A stretch of 64,000 bases of DNA from Raillietiella orientalis. Its lineage: Eukaryota. The translations under genes were made by a program, and so were the position numbers. The notes below the pieces were generated by a model. The model was not told the origin of the DNA. It made no database searches and saw only the letters and a list, made by a program, of their open reading frames with translations. The DNA lies in assembly GCA_036172245.1 (NCBI GenBank), contig JAYWIR010000003.1, forward strand, positions 1,302,001 through 1,366,000, read 5' to 3'. Positions 62,978-64,000 of this stretch are shown here, piece by piece. How positions within the stretch are numbered: position 1 is the first letter of the stretch; every line of letters starts with the position of its first letter.

Positions 62978-64000
62978 CCTCGTTCCGCTGCGGCCGAGAT
63001 GCGAACGGCCTCCCAGCGACTGTCCGGTGCCTCCTGCCGGAGATCCCGGTGACGTCGGTGCGTAGCCGGGTCGCAGCCGCCCGCCAGTTGCGCACGTCCA
63101 GCCGAAGCTGCCCGCGACGACGTCTGGAGAGAAGGGGGGGAGGATGGGCGCCCTCGCTTCCTCCCCCTAGCCTCCGCCTCCGGGGCGAAGGAGATCCGCG
63201 GGTGCTCTCGGCCGTCCGGAGGTCTCTCGCGCATGCCTCGTGGGTTTCGCCTCCCGCGACAGCAGCATAGGCTGCCTGAGCGCCTTTCCTCCCTCCCGCC
63301 GCGGCTGTCCCCCGAACGCCCGAGGCAACGGCGACGGCCGTCGCGCCCTCCGTCGTTCCGCCACCGAGGGGATGCCCGGCGGTGCGGGAGAGCACTCGAT
63401 TGCGCCACCGGGAAGCCGTCGCCGAGAGGGCGCCACGAAGGGGGGAGGGATGGAGCGCCTCGCGAGTCCACCCGTTCACCCGTTGACACGCAAAATCGTG
63501 ATGCGTTCCCGTTCTCCGTCCCAGCGTCCGAGATCGCAAGGATTACCAGCAACGACCGCCGTCGCTTCGTCTCCCGGAGGAACAGCCGATCCTTGGACGG
63601 CGCGCTGTTCACCCGAAGTTCTGTTCGAACTCACCGCTTCCACCCACCCCCTCCCCCGCCTCTTTCTTGTCGCCGTCGCCTGCGAGCACCGCCTTCCCCG
63701 CTTTTTCCGGCATGATGGGGCTCTTCCGTTCCCCTTTCAGCTTTTTTTTCTTTTTCTGCTTCCCAAGGAGTGCTGAAGAACCGCCCGCCTTCCCATTAGG
63801 GGACGCCCACGGAACTCTTCAACGCTGCCCGCGCCAATCCGAGGGTGTGTGTGAACTCTTCAAGTTAGGGGTCGATCACGGAGGACCACCCCGTGAATCC
63901 AGGAAGGCTTCGGAGGGAACGAGTCCGTGCCTGTCACTCTCGGGAGAGAACCCTGGTCCTGGTGGTCTCTCAAGGGAACCCGAAGGGAACTTCGTCCTTG
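62978..64000 (-). repeat. Right arm of the inverted repeat (runs off the window)
   Basis: Mirror of 56831-57853; includes an inverted SINE part at about 63725-64000. Confidence 0.95.

Noticed and set aside
1..64000. Hundreds of 60-400 aa ORFs in the six-frame track (e.g. 22543..23754, 35076..36299, 57219..58235)
   Set aside because: Arg/Pro/Gly/Ser-rich, overlapping on both strands and without recognisable domains. This is expected in GC-rich non-coding DNA; only the portions overlapping nAChR exons or TE remnants are meaningful.

Overview
Eukaryotic, GC-rich genomic DNA, most likely arthropod. The window holds one complete protein-coding gene on the minus strand: a nicotinic acetylcholine receptor (Cys-loop) alpha subunit of the insect alpha3/alpha4 group, closest in motif content to alpha4. 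I assembled 11 coding exons by hand from ATG 55397 to TAA 1584. All junctions are GT-AG and phase-compatible, giving a 1632-nt CDS (543 aa). The introns and upstream region contain a tRNA-head SINE-like family, Tc1/pogo-type and piggyBac-type MITEs, decayed LINE fragments and microsatellites. Four things stand out. (1) Several unusual residues in the pore, the M2-M3 linker and loop C would each revert to family consensus with a single A-to-G change, which suggests restorative A-to-I editing. (2) A near-perfect inverted repeat of at least 1 kb upstream of the gene encloses a copy of the gene's own intron 3. (3) Other recent ectopic copies do not respect transposon boundaries. (4) There is a decayed partial copy of exon 10. 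Nearly all ORFs in the supplied track are GC-driven noise. Comparisons with family consensus are from recalled sequences, not from a database search.
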